IMG/VR virus record: IMGVR_UViG_3300030060_003575
Span: 1-64,000 of that record
Strand: one strand, 5' to 3'
Origin: a virus
Length of the DNA: 64,000 nucleotides
The notes under the pieces were generated by a model. That model had not been told where the DNA came from, ran no database searches, and saw only the letters and a list, made by a program, of their open reading frames with translations. Below are positions 21,263 through 30,986 of the stretch, in pieces (positions within the stretch are counted from its first letter, which is position 1; the number at the start of each line of letters is the position of its first letter). Made by a program: the position numbers and the translations under genes.

Positions 21263-22713
21263 GTCATATCCTCCTTTAATTTTACGTAAACGCTTTTATT
21301 TATTCTGTTTTCTTCAAAGTATTCCCCAATAGATTTCTTCCACCAATTGTAAATAGTTTGTTGTCCCTTCTGGGTTTTCTTTCTAACCTCTTGAAGTAAT
21401 AATGTTTTATGCACCCATCCATCGTTACTGTCCATATCACGATATATTGCTTTAAACACTCCTAAATTCGCTGTTTGTGCCACTGCTACCTTCTCAACCC
21501 GAAGTGCCTCATCTAGCCAAGATACGAGACTCTTATAACATTGTCGAACAATCGAGGCCGCTTGTTGCACATTTTTCTGTGTAACAATAAATCTTTTGCT
21601 TTTATCCTTTATACTTGGGGCTTCCGCTACTGCACACAATACTGCCAGTTTTTGGATATGTTTCAATATCCTGTTAATAAAAGTTTCAACTGCTTGAAAC
21701 ACTTCTGGTCTACTATGGCTAATATATTCCTCCATTAGAATACATTCACGCAATAAAGCATCTCTCGCATCAGGTGCTATCTTTATCACCTTAAGTGGGT
21801 CTTGCCCTACTTCATCATAACGTTCCTTTACAGCATCATAAATCGTAGCAATACTTTTTGAGTATTTAATCTTCGGTGCTTCTTTTTGCTGCACAGTACC
21901 ATAATCAGAAATTAACTTTCTTCTCATTTTCTTCTGCACATCTTGTGGCACTTCCCATATAAATATCAAGAGTCTTTGCAGAACACCCTTTTCTGTAATA
22001 ACACTTGTTAGTGTCTTTGGGATATATGATGTACCATAAACTGAACGCTTGCATATACATTCTATAGGTTCATCACCCTGCTTCAACTTCTTAGAGATAA
22101 CGAAAGTTTCTCCCCACATGGTATTCATAAATGTATTCAAATACACAATTGCATTTTCTTTGTGTTGTGATTGTTTAAACACACCAGAATACTCAAACTC
22201 ATCCCAGATTGCCATACCTTCTCCATGTAATTGCCCATAGATAGGTACATTAACGTCAATCATTCTTGTCCTGCCATCTTCTTCTTCTACTTCTTCTCTT
22301 CTTTGCTCAAAGGAACCAATCAATGCAGCGTCTGTATAGTCGGTAATGTCAAACACGTCAAGATTAGTCCCGTGCTTTTCATTAATTAACTTAAACGCCT
22401 CTTCTATTATTGGTAGATACCAATTTGTTAGGGTTGATTTACCAGTTCCTGAGGTTTGCAACCACAATATCTGTAATCGGGTATCATCAACGTTGATACC
22501 ACTAGGTATTGCTATCATATCTTTAATTACTTGTCCTACCATTGCGAAAAATGATAGGGTTGCGGGTGTATAATTATAATTAGATGCTTTAACCGCATCA
22601 TTAGTATAACTAACCGCTACAGCAGGTAGAGTGATTTCTGTTTCACTCTCCTGCATTCCATTATCTATGAAATCATAGTACATTTCGTCTTCATCTGTAT
22701 ATCGTCTATTCAT
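21259..22713 (-). CDS. AAA+ ATPase, divergent MCM-like replicative helicase
   Basis: Walker A SGTGKST, Walker B IWDEF, arginine-finger-like LQRL, probable C-terminal winged helix; adjacent to primase. Confidence 0.65.
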   Translation of the reverse strand: MNRRYTDEDEMYYDFIDNGMQESETEITLPAVAVSYTNDAVKASNYNYTPATLSFFAMVGQVIKDMIAIPSGINVDDTRLQILWLQTSGTGKSTLTNWYLPIIEEAFKLINEKHGTNLDVFDITDYTDAALIGSFEQRREEVEEEDGRTRMIDVNVPIYGQLHGEGMAIWDEFEYSGVFKQSQHKENAIVYLNTFMNTMWGETFVISKKLKQGDEPIECICKRSVYGTSYIPKTLTSVITEKGVLQRLLIFIWEVPQDVQKKMRRKLISDYGTVQQKEAPKIKYSKSIATIYDAVKERYDEVGQDPLKVIKIAPDARDALLRECILMEEYISHSRPEVFQAVETFINRILKHIQKLAVLCAVAEAPSIKDKSKRFIVTQKNVQQAASIVRQCYKSLVSWLDEALRVEKVAVAQTANLGVFKAIYRDMDSNDGWVHKTLLLQEVRKKTQKGQQTIYNWWKKSIGEYFEENRINKSVYVKLKEDMT

Positions 22714-23399
22714 ATTGTCACCTTGTCTTCACTATTTAATGTGTCTATTATTCTTTGTGCTAATGTTATTCCTATTCCGTCTATTTTAGTTAATTCATCA
22801 ACTGTGGCCTCACCTATTTCCATCAAGGAGCCAAAGTCATCTATTAGTATTTGTGCTTTTGTTGTACTTATTCCTTTTATTGTTGCTAACATGTTTATTC
22901 TTAGGTCGTCTGTTGTTATTCTTTTCATCAGTGTTGGGCTTATTACATCTCTATTTATTGGTCTCATCTTACATATTGTTGTCATCAGTTTTGCTGCTTT
23001 CTTTGGGCCTTCAACCCAGAATACTTTTACATCTGTGTCTAAGGTTATTTTTCCTATTGCGCCATAAAATTTATTTATTAATAAATGGCTAGGAATGTTA
23101 ATATTAACGTAGTCTGGATAGGCTAGTGCCTGATGGATAGAACCATGTATAACAAGAATACAATGCTCAAAATATCTATCCATATTATCTAATTGATTCC
23201 ACAATCTCTTGTTAATAACAGATTGTAGAAAGTCAATAGTAGATTTTGCTTCAAAGCAAACATCACTAAATACATAGTCACCAACCTCAATCCATTGTTT
23301 TTCAGTCATAATGTTTAATGCTATACATTCTCTTTTGACTGCATTAGATAAATCAGAATTTTCCCTACTATCTATAATTAACTTATTCATTCTAACCAC
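22710..23399 (-). CDS. ERCC4/XPF (Hef-like) structure-specific nuclease
   Basis: IIDSRE, GDY, EAKSTIDF core plus two HhH motifs (IKGIS, IDGIG). Confidence 0.9.
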   Translation of the reverse strand: MVRMNKLIIDSRENSDLSNAVKRECIALNIMTEKQWIEVGDYVFSDVCFEAKSTIDFLQSVINKRLWNQLDNMDRYFEHCILVIHGSIHQALAYPDYVNINIPSHLLINKFYGAIGKITLDTDVKVFWVEGPKKAAKLMTTICKMRPINRDVISPTLMKRITTDDLRINMLATIKGISTTKAQILIDDFGSLMEIGEATVDELTKIDGIGITLAQRIIDTLNSEDKVTI

Positions 23400-23517
23400 C
23401 CAAATAATTCAGCCATAATAATGACGGCTACTATTAAATTCACAAATCCCACAAGGGTTCTAACTAATGCTAATGTTCCGAAGTGTAGTTCAGACCAATG
23501 TTCTACATCATCTCCAT

Positions 23518-24528
23518 TCATTCAGGATACCTCCAACATTTACCCACACAATAACCTTGTGGTATTAATTTACCTTCACAACTTGGGGCATGATAGCCAC
23601 CACTTACAATAAACCTAACATTCTTTTCAGTTACTGTAGCATCCCAATCTAACCATACATTCTCTTTAGATGCTATAGTGTTTAACTCTTGCATTATAAC
23701 ACTCACCATTTCTTCTTGTTTAGTAGAATCCATTTCACGTTCACCTACTGCTAGTATATCTCTATACCATTGTACCAAATACACTCTTGCATAATGTCCT
23801 GGGTTTTCTACCATTATAGAATTATATAAACATGGTAATATTGGTAACTCTCCCGGTGGCTTTGGCGGTACTACTTCTATCTTAGAAACCTTAATTGGTT
23901 TAACTTCTGTCCATGCTTGTAACTTAGAACCATAGGTTACTGTTGGTCTATTCCCATGTTTTGCTTTATTAGTTATATCATTTAGGTTACCATCTATTAC
24001 TTCTTCAACAGTCAAAGGAATACAAAAATACGGGCCTTCGCTACTAAGATTAACTGTGTTAGGTATTCTCCGAAGCCTATTAGTTTGCACACCAGTATTA
24101 TCAAGAGTTTCTGTCTTCTCGGCATATCTGATAAAAGTAGATTGAATGCTTCTAATATCATCAGCCTTCTCACCCAATACTATTATATGAAACCCCTTCC
24201 CACTAAAGTACATTCTAAAAACTATATCTTTCATTCTTAATTGCTTTACCACTGCAACAAAATCTTCCCATGCTCTTTCTAATGGTTCTCCGTGTGCATC
24301 AAAGTCCAAAAACATTCTATCCAAGATAACAGAAGAGTCTACTTTACTATCTACCGCAAAATGCTCAAAGTCATATACTGTTGTATAACAATTCATCTTA
24401 CCGTTGAAAGCATTAACCCACGTTTCAAATTCAGTCTTGTTTCTTACTATCACTCTTTTCATTTGTGGTGCGTTTCTTAGGTGGCTTCCTGCCCACACTT
24501 CTCTTGGGAACTTCATCTTTATCATCAT
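23518..24528 (-). CDS. archaeo-eukaryotic primase, PriS catalytic domain fused to PriL-like Cys-rich C-terminal domain
   Basis: FLDFD, SGKGFH, RLRRIPNTVN; C-terminal PC...PSC...YC...C. Confidence 0.85.
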   Translation of the reverse strand: MMIKMKFPREVWAGSHLRNAPQMKRVIVRNKTEFETWVNAFNGKMNCYTTVYDFEHFAVDSKVDSSVILDRMFLDFDAHGEPLERAWEDFVAVVKQLRMKDIVFRMYFSGKGFHIIVLGEKADDIRSIQSTFIRYAEKTETLDNTGVQTNRLRRIPNTVNLSSEGPYFCIPLTVEEVIDGNLNDITNKAKHGNRPTVTYGSKLQAWTEVKPIKVSKIEVVPPKPPGELPILPCLYNSIMVENPGHYARVYLVQWYRDILAVGEREMDSTKQEEMVSVIMQELNTIASKENVWLDWDATVTEKNVRFIVSGGYHAPSCEGKLIPQGYCVGKCWRYPE

Positions 24529-24832
24529 CCTTAAAATTTACATTTGCTGTTTGTAGTTCTTCTTTTATTATATCTGCTATTTTATTATTTAATTGCCTTA
24601 ATACTTCTCCTTGGAAAAACTCACCAAAAAGCATGTCCTCATATATTGGAACATCCCATATTAGGTCTACCTTAGACTTAACATCTAAGTCATCATACAT
24701 CTCACTAGACATAGTAGTTATTATTTCTGCTACGTTACTAATCTCTTGAAATGTCCATGTCTTTTCTTTTAACTTACTTCTTACCTTTTCGCCTATTCTC
24801 ATAACCATGCACCTTCTTCTGCCGCAGGGCAT
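24431..24832 (-). CDS. hypothetical protein
   Basis: ORF within the co-oriented operon; true start probably near 24802. Confidence 0.55.
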   Translation of the reverse strand: MPCGRRRCMVMRIGEKVRSKLKEKTWTFQEISNVAEIITTMSSEMYDDLDVKSKVDLIWDVPIYEDMLFGEFFQGEVLRQLNNKIADIIKEELQTANVNFKDDDKDEVPKRSVGRKPPKKRTTNEKSDSKKQD

Positions 24833-25680
24833 ATACTCATAAAACTACAATATTGGCATGTATTGTAATAATACTTAGGGTTGAACTCCTGTAACTCATA
24901 TGCCTTTATTAATTGTGTAATGTTCTTATACACCGCAGTTATACTTTGTTTCTTAACTGCTTCTACCTGTAGATAATTAGATTGTGGATAATACCAAGCC
25001 CAATTTGTAACGGGTATATTAGGGTCTAATCCATTATCTAACAACACTTGCTCTGGAGTATTCTCTATCAATATCTTGTAAAAGGCTAATTCTTTACGCA
25101 TCATAGTTAATTTATAATCTTTCCAAGGGCCAGTCTTTAATTCCATAGGTATATACTTACCATCCTGAACAAACATCCTATCAATTATACCTTGTAAATG
25201 CACAACATAATCCCTTTCTAAGACACACTTAGGATTATACGCATGTGGTATTGTGATTTCTGCATCTAGCATAATCTCATTGATAACTGGTAAATACTCA
25301 TCTACAGTATCATCCTCTTTAGCCTGTAGGAATCGTTCTGCTTCAAATATTGATATAGTCTTATACATCTCAGTGTAATCATCTATCGGATGCAGACCCA
25401 TGTTATAAGTCACTAACTCATCATAACTTAAATTCTCTGCCTTCTTAACATCAAAGTCATTGAAGAAATCCTCTCTACTATTGTGTACCGCAGTACCTTT
25501 AATCATAGCCTCCGTTGTTGATTGAGGTAACCTCAATGGATACGAAAACTCATACTTCTTAGGACACCAGTTAAAGGTTCCAAAAGAAGACTTTGTTATT
25601 TTTAATATTGGGTTCTCCGGGTTACTATATTCTGCCGGATACCATTTATATGTATATTCTCTCATTTTACCACCACTCAT
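24799..25680 (-). CDS. Cas4/RecB-like PD-(D/E)xK exonuclease
   Basis: CPKKY, GIIDR, ELKTG and C-terminal CQYCSFMSIC Fe-S cysteines. Confidence 0.85.
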   Translation of the reverse strand: MSGGKMREYTYKWYPAEYSNPENPILKITKSSFGTFNWCPKKYEFSYPLRLPQSTTEAMIKGTAVHNSREDFFNDFDVKKAENLSYDELVTYNMGLHPIDDYTEMYKTISIFEAERFLQAKEDDTVDEYLPVINEIMLDAEITIPHAYNPKCVLERDYVVHLQGIIDRMFVQDGKYIPMELKTGPWKDYKLTMMRKELAFYKILIENTPEQVLLDNGLDPNIPVTNWAWYYPQSNYLQVEAVKKQSITAVYKNITQLIKAYELQEFNPKYYYNTCQYCSFMSICPAAEEGAWL

Positions 25681-26584
25681 TTAAATTTGTTTGATTTATA
25701 TCTTGACTAATTGGTTTAGTGTCCCAACCCATTGCCATGTAAATAGGTTCTGCCTTTTTAATAACAGATAATGCATAATGCCTCCAATCAGGCTGGAAGT
25801 TACAATGCTTATTTAAGTCTACTAAACTAGAAGCCGCAAGATATGTAGGCCTCTTAGATACCCCTGTAATTGGATTAACGTAAGTAGGTCTAGATGGGTC
25901 ATCTGATACTCTCACATAAACATAAGAATCTTCTATGGGAACACCATAGACTTGATTCCACCATATAACACCTTCAATACCGCCACCAATACTAGGGTCT
26001 TTACCCATCATGGTTCTCAACAATAAGTCTTTACCACACTTACTACAAAAAGCATTTTGAGTAAACTCTTTCCTTATCTTTAATACGTCATCTATGTCAT
26101 ATTCTTTAGAACAAAAGTTACACTTGTAACGAACACGTTCTGGTTTGAACCTACTTCTGTTCGTAATATTCTTTATATCAATCTCACCATTCAGAACCTT
26201 GTTATATTCTGTCTTGAGATAGTTAGTTATTTCCTGTTCTGATTTCTTTTCAACCCACATTTTTAAAACTGTCAATTGAATATCTTTTGCTAATTGAGTT
26301 ATTGCCACTCTCTTTGCAGCAAAACCAGTCATAACAAATTCAGGCTCATCTAATGTAACACCGTCCTTCCAAGAAATAAGCCCCGCGTTTCTATTCTTAG
26401 TTATACCAACGCCTAAAGACTCATAATATTTCTCAAACTCTAATGTTACAGGGTGTTCTTTTAATCCTAAAAGATTAGGAAACAGTCCTCTTACATGGTT
26501 ATTCAATAAAGCCAATGTTTCTTCTGCTCGATTCATTGGCATTTCTACATAGATAGAATCAGTATGTCCATAAACCACTTTCAT
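25667..26584 (-). CDS. polB: family B DNA polymerase, C-terminal half (palm motif C + thumb)
   Basis: Starts MKVVYGHTDSIYV, then LEFEK..KNRNAG; CxxC...CxxC insert; ATG overlaps the upstream TGA. Confidence 0.85.
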   Translation of the reverse strand: MKVVYGHTDSIYVEMPMNRAEETLALLNNHVRGLFPNLLGLKEHPVTLEFEKYYESLGVGITKNRNAGLISWKDGVTLDEPEFVMTGFAAKRVAITQLAKDIQLTVLKMWVEKKSEQEITNYLKTEYNKVLNGEIDIKNITNRSRFKPERVRYKCNFCSKEYDIDDVLKIRKEFTQNAFCSKCGKDLLLRTMMGKDPSIGGGIEGVIWWNQVYGVPIEDSYVYVRVSDDPSRPTYVNPITGVSKRPTYLAASSLVDLNKHCNFQPDWRHYALSVIKKAEPIYMAMGWDTKPISQDINQTNLNEWW

Positions 26585-26760
26585 TCTACTCTCTCCCAAT
26601 GTTTTTCATACTTAGTATTAAATCTAAACATCCCGCCTATGTCATCTAGGTATTCAATTACATATACTGGTAGATACCAATCATGTTCTACATTTACTAC
26701 CATTGCTTTTTTGCTGGTTAGTCTATTTACTATTATATCATTTATTCTAAAAATTGTCAT
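26581..26760 (-). CDS. small hypothetical protein (59 aa)
   Basis: Manual translation MTIFRINDIIVNRLTSKKAMVV...; ATGA overlap with the polB C-half. Confidence 0.55.
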   Translation of the reverse strand: MTIFRINDIIVNRLTSKKAMVVNVEHDWYLPVYVIEYLDDIGGMFRFNTKYEKHWERVE

Positions 26761-26916
26761 TTATATATTCCCCTTCTTTCTAGCATACAAATATTTTGCT
26801 GCTTCATTGATGCATCTAGGACACAGGTTGCCATACATTGTTGATTGTAAAGCAATTACTATACCATCGGTGTCATCTTTACCATCATAGGTCTCACAAT
26901 AAAAACACGGTTTCAT
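26761..26916 (-). CDS. small Zn-finger protein (51 aa)
   Basis: Manual translation MKPCFYCE...NLCPRCINE... Confidence 0.55.
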   Translation of the reverse strand: MKPCFYCETYDGKDDTDGIVIALQSTMYGNLCPRCINEAAKYLYARKKGNI

Positions 26917-27122
26917 TATTCTTCCTCCCATAAACTTTCATCCCAAGGGTTTACCATGACGATGTAATCATTGACAAAAACATTGATACAAGGAATACAA
27001 ATACTACCCCCGTCTACCTCAACATATTGTCTTATACCAAATATTGTTCTATTGGTATGATTACACACAACACAAGTTTCTATTTGGTGTTGCGATTTAT
27101 CGCCTGCAAACCATATGGTCAT
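26916..27122 (-). CDS. small Zn-finger protein
   Basis: CVVC...CIPC; coupled start/stop. Confidence 0.6.
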   Translation of the reverse strand: MTIWFAGDKSQHQIETCVVCNHTNRTIFGIRQYVEVDGGSICIPCINVFVNDYIVMVNPWDESLWEEE

Positions 27123-27375
27123 TCTTCTTCTCTCACCTCAACGAATAACCAAGCACCAGTTTGCATACATTTACATCTCACATTTTCACTTCCTGTTTAC
27201 AATAAGTACACAGGCCTTCATCATCAACACTACGATGATGCTTATTATATTGACAATTACAATAATACTTTCTCATTTTAATATCTCCTTACTTTCTCAT
27301 CTTGTAATGACCTTAATAATGCATGAACAAATACAACATAAAAGGCTACTATAGGTATCGTACATAAAAGTTCCG

Positions 27376-29028
27376 TCATATTTCCATCACCTTAAACGCT
27401 GCTGCTCTAATTGCCTCTCTAGCACTAGCAGTAATACTAGCAGCCAAATCAACATCAGCCCAGCCAAACCCTTGATAAGCAACGATACCGTAAAAAGAGG
27501 CCATTAATCTTTTTACAGCAAGTTGATTGTTGCTCCACTTAACATAGTTATCTGGGTCAGTCTTCATCTTCTTTTTATATTCATCTCGCAATTCCTTTAA
27601 CTCTAAAACTGCTTTAGGTAAAAGCCCAAGTTTATCTGTTTTATAATAAAGCATTTGCTCATCATCCTCTATCGAGAAATCTCTAGGTGTTAGAATGTTA
27701 ACACCAAACTCAGTAGGTTCATCTGATTTGGTTTCCCATGATATATTCCGGGCTATCATCATAGAGGGATACAGTTGTGCAAAATCAAACGCAGCCACAC
27801 CTAGATGTAAACCGTTTGTCCCTTCTGTTTCGGGGTTGTAAATCATAGCCCCTTGATAATCAACCTTATCACCATGTTCACCAGTAGGTGCCTTCCAAGT
27901 AGCATTACGCATAAAGTATATACCACCCATGTTACTAGCATAAAAGCAAGCATCGAATGGTGCCTTTAGTAAACGCTGTAATGCAATAACTGCTTCCGAT
28001 GTGTAGTTCTCTTCATCTATCCTAACAAGAAGCATAACGTCAACTGCTGCATAATCAAGATAGTGCTTGGTATCTTCCAACCATCCTCTAGAAAAGAATT
28101 CATTCTTATCTGGAAACTTTTCCGATACAAGTTTCTTCTCACCTAATACAATATCAGCAACGTAATCTAATGCTAATGATGGTAGTGTTCCTCTTTGAGC
28201 ATCATTCCATTGTCTCTCAAAAGCCAAGTCTAGATTTAATACTAGCCTTCCTCTGATTGGTTGTTCAATAGGGCTATAATTGTTCACGTTCTTGGAAAGT
28301 TTGATACCTTCATCAAAATAAACCCCCTTCACATCATTATATGGAGATAATTTTCTGGGGTCTAGCCCGTTGGCATAGAGTCTTTCGATTAATTTAGGCA
28401 AATCGAACTTAGACCCGAACCAAGAAATCATCATATCTGGGTCTTCTCTAGTCAAGTGACCCACAAAATTCTCTAACATTTCTTTTTCAGTTAGAAACCC
28501 TTCACCAATAAGATTTCTTTTCGGTGGTGTATCTCTAGGCAACCAATAAGAAACTCTATTTCTTTTAGTGTAGTTATCATAGAAAACCATACAAGTGATA
28601 GCACCATCGTGTTCACCCCCCTGCTGCCATTCTAAATCCCAATACCACTTTCTGAGATTATACTCAGGCATCTCAGATATGTGGTCTATTGCATATCTAT
28701 AATGATAAGCAACGTCTGCTTCATAGGTTTGCTTCCACTCCTTTCTGAGTGTTCGCATATATCCGGGCTTCGGTGGAAACCATGTTACCTTCTTTAACGG
28801 TTCACCATCTAGATTAACAGCGTCACCGCTACTGTCATACACCAAATCAATACCAATGCTTTTACCAAAATCCCGAAAAGAAACCCGGTGTATTTCTCTT
28901 TCACTTTGTTTAATATAAAAATAAGGTGGTGCTTCATTATACTCAACTTCCCTTTCTTGTCTATTATTATTCTGGTCTCTCCATCTTAGACCTATCATAT
29001 TATTTTTATCTACTGTACTAATTATCAT
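27376..29028 (-). CDS. polB: family B DNA polymerase, N-terminal half (3'-5' exonuclease + motifs A and B)
   Basis: WDLEW, FDLP, YAAVD exo motifs; DFAQLYPSMM (motif A); KRLMASFYG (motif B); ends before motif C. Confidence 0.9.
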   Translation of the reverse strand: MIISTVDKNNMIGLRWRDQNNNRQEREVEYNEAPPYFYIKQSEREIHRVSFRDFGKSIGIDLVYDSSGDAVNLDGEPLKKVTWFPPKPGYMRTLRKEWKQTYEADVAYHYRYAIDHISEMPEYNLRKWYWDLEWQQGGEHDGAITCMVFYDNYTKRNRVSYWLPRDTPPKRNLIGEGFLTEKEMLENFVGHLTREDPDMMISWFGSKFDLPKLIERLYANGLDPRKLSPYNDVKGVYFDEGIKLSKNVNNYSPIEQPIRGRLVLNLDLAFERQWNDAQRGTLPSLALDYVADIVLGEKKLVSEKFPDKNEFFSRGWLEDTKHYLDYAAVDVMLLVRIDEENYTSEAVIALQRLLKAPFDACFYASNMGGIYFMRNATWKAPTGEHGDKVDYQGAMIYNPETEGTNGLHLGVAAFDFAQLYPSMMIARNISWETKSDEPTEFGVNILTPRDFSIEDDEQMLYYKTDKLGLLPKAVLELKELRDEYKKKMKTDPDNYVKWSNNQLAVKRLMASFYGIVAYQGFGWADVDLAASITASAREAIRAAAFKVMEI

Positions 29029-29032
29029 TTAA

Positions 29033-29808
29033 TCATCTCTGTAAGTATGGCGCAATAACCATCTTACGATTATTGCCCCACAAAATGATGGGTTTATCAT
29101 CATCACTATAAATATACATAGGCCCATCGGTACAGAATTTATCTATGGGTGCAGAAAATGCTACTGTCAAATCAGCAGTAGCAGGTGCAAGCATAGTAAT
29201 TGTTCTATCAACCATCTCAGTCTGATGGAAGTTTTCCGATGATACCTTTAATGTGTCTTTACCAAAAGTAGCATCTATTTTAAAAGATGCTGTTCCTACC
29301 AAGTTACAATACTTGATAGCAGTTGCTAAATCCTTACCCTCAACAAATAGTTTACAGGGTAGGGGTGTTTTACCAAACATCACAGGCTTACCATCTTCGC
29401 CCAAATTAAAATCTCTTATCCTTGAGATTAAAGCCATGTTAGGATGTTCTACTAACTTAGGTAGCCTAACAGATGTTTCTGTAGTCTGAATGAGAATATT
29501 AGCATCGGTTATTTTAATATTTATATTTTCACTCTTTAGGTTTTTAAGATACTTATTTGCCTTTTCAATATCAAAGATAAACAAAGTATCTTCATCTATA
29601 TTAGTGCGTAAGCCATCTAAAGATACGCTTATACCACACTTGTCATTACCATTCAATAGTTGCATTGAAGTCTTTGAAAGAATACCTACTGCGGTATTGC
29701 TTATCACGTCAACCTTAGATGTGGTTGAGGACTTATACTTGCCTTTAAGCCAAATTGCCTCAACCGCATCTTTAAAGTCATTTAAATTTACGGTACAAAT
29801 TATATTCA
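29033..29808 (-). CDS. PCNA-like sliding clamp
   Basis: About 257 aa; N-terminal FKDAVEAI helix and C-terminal DDKPIIL...MVIAP match clamp patterns; next to polB. Confidence 0.65.
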
Positions 29809-30702
29809 TAGTGTTCCCTCTTGTAGTTCTGGAATCCCAAACCATTCATTCTCTCCGTTAGTTGAAAATATAGTCCACTCCGTTCCCACAAGTTTAGGAT
29901 TCGTTTTACTAGCCGTTAACTTGGCTACGTAGTTTGTGGTTTTACCCTTAATTACCTTTTCAATGTGAATCATTTGAATAAATCTAGCAGGTGTAGATTT
30001 ATGCCAATCAGGTACTTCGCCTATTGGTGTAGGTACATTGATATTATCATATACAGGTTTCATGTGTGTAATCAAATACCTATCACATTCTAAACTACAT
30101 ACAAGGTCTAGTAATCTGTTATAGATTCTATTCCTTATCTTCCAGTCAAGAGTAGATACTCTTACTGAATCAGTAGCATGAACAATGCTACCTTCCTTAG
30201 TTTGCTGCTTAACTAGCAACTCTCTAAGCACATCACTTGAGCCTTCAAAGGCCTTATCTACCCCATCTAAACAAAACGATTTAACATCGCCTGTCTTAAT
30301 TAATTCCTTAGCATATTGGCAAAAGTTATTTGCATTGTTAAAGGTCTCTTCCCAATCAGTAGAACCGTCTGGGTTAATTTCTAATGGGCAATAGATAATT
30401 ATATTCTCATCTCTATTCCAACAAGCATCCCATGTAGGTTCTGCTCCATCATCAAAATCCAAGATAAGAATCTTCTTACCCTGCTTTACTTCTTCCTCAG
30501 TTCTACTATCTTGCACTAAACCAGTTTTACCAACCTTGGGGTTGCCTGTTATTGAACATAGATTATATGTTCTATCTCTAGTTAGTCTTGATTGTATTTG
30601 AGCCAATATCTTTGCCTTTGCATCTGCAAAATAATCGCCACTCTTTTCTTCTGTTTCACTACCTGCTTTTCCTTTCTTTTCAGTTGTCCAATCCATATTC
30701 AT
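29806..30702 (-). CDS. RecA-superfamily ATPase (Sak4/AAA_24-like recombinase)
   Basis: GNPKVGKT Walker A, ILDFDDG, LDGVD Walker B, ITH. Confidence 0.75.
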   Translation of the reverse strand: MNMDWTTEKKGKAGSETEEKSGDYFADAKAKILAQIQSRLTRDRTYNLCSITGNPKVGKTGLVQDSRTEEEVKQGKKILILDFDDGAEPTWDACWNRDENIIIYCPLEINPDGSTDWEETFNNANNFCQYAKELIKTGDVKSFCLDGVDKAFEGSSDVLRELLVKQQTKEGSIVHATDSVRVSTLDWKIRNRIYNRLLDLVCSLECDRYLITHMKPVYDNINVPTPIGEVPDWHKSTPARFIQMIHIEKVIKGKTTNYVAKLTASKTNPKLVGTEWTIFSTNGENEWFGIPELQEGTL

Positions 30703-30922
30703 CGCCTATATCTAATTCTAATGTTTCTTGATATACTTCATCCACTATATCTCTTAGGTCGTCTTCACCGACCTTTATTCTTATCTCTTTACCAGAAGGT
30801 AAATGAAGTTTCACCCAATAATCTTTGGTCTCTTCATTTAGTCTCCAAGTTAGAAACTCTATATTATCTAGATTCAATGCATAACTGCTTCCATGCATTA
30901 TTCTATTTTCAATTTTAAACAT
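30680..30922 (-). CDS. hypothetical protein
   Basis: Likely start MFKIENR downstream of a GAGGA RBS. Confidence 0.55.
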   Translation of the reverse strand: MFKIENRIMHGSSYALNLDNIEFLTWRLNEETKDYWVKLHLPSGKEIRIKVGEDDLRDIVDEVYQETLELDIGDEYGLDN

Positions 30923-30986
30923 ATTAATTCCTCTTTTGGGGCATCGCACCCCATAGTCGGTCACTACCACCGATAGGATACAAAAC

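Noticed and set aside
24799-25680. Cas4-like gene as evidence of a CRISPR system linked to the array
   Set aside because: Solo Cas4/RecB-like nucleases are common in viral replication modules; it lies 27 kb away among replication genes.
27111-27118. Isolated CCATATGG outside the array
   Set aside because: Lies within a small ORF with no associated pentaloop or ACAAAG hairpin; consistent with chance.
26585-27375. Intein or group I intron interrupting polB
   Set aside because: The frame is closed by a stop codon, there is no intein N-terminal C/S or C-terminal HN signature and no homing endonuclease, and the gap is filled with coupled micro-ORFs.
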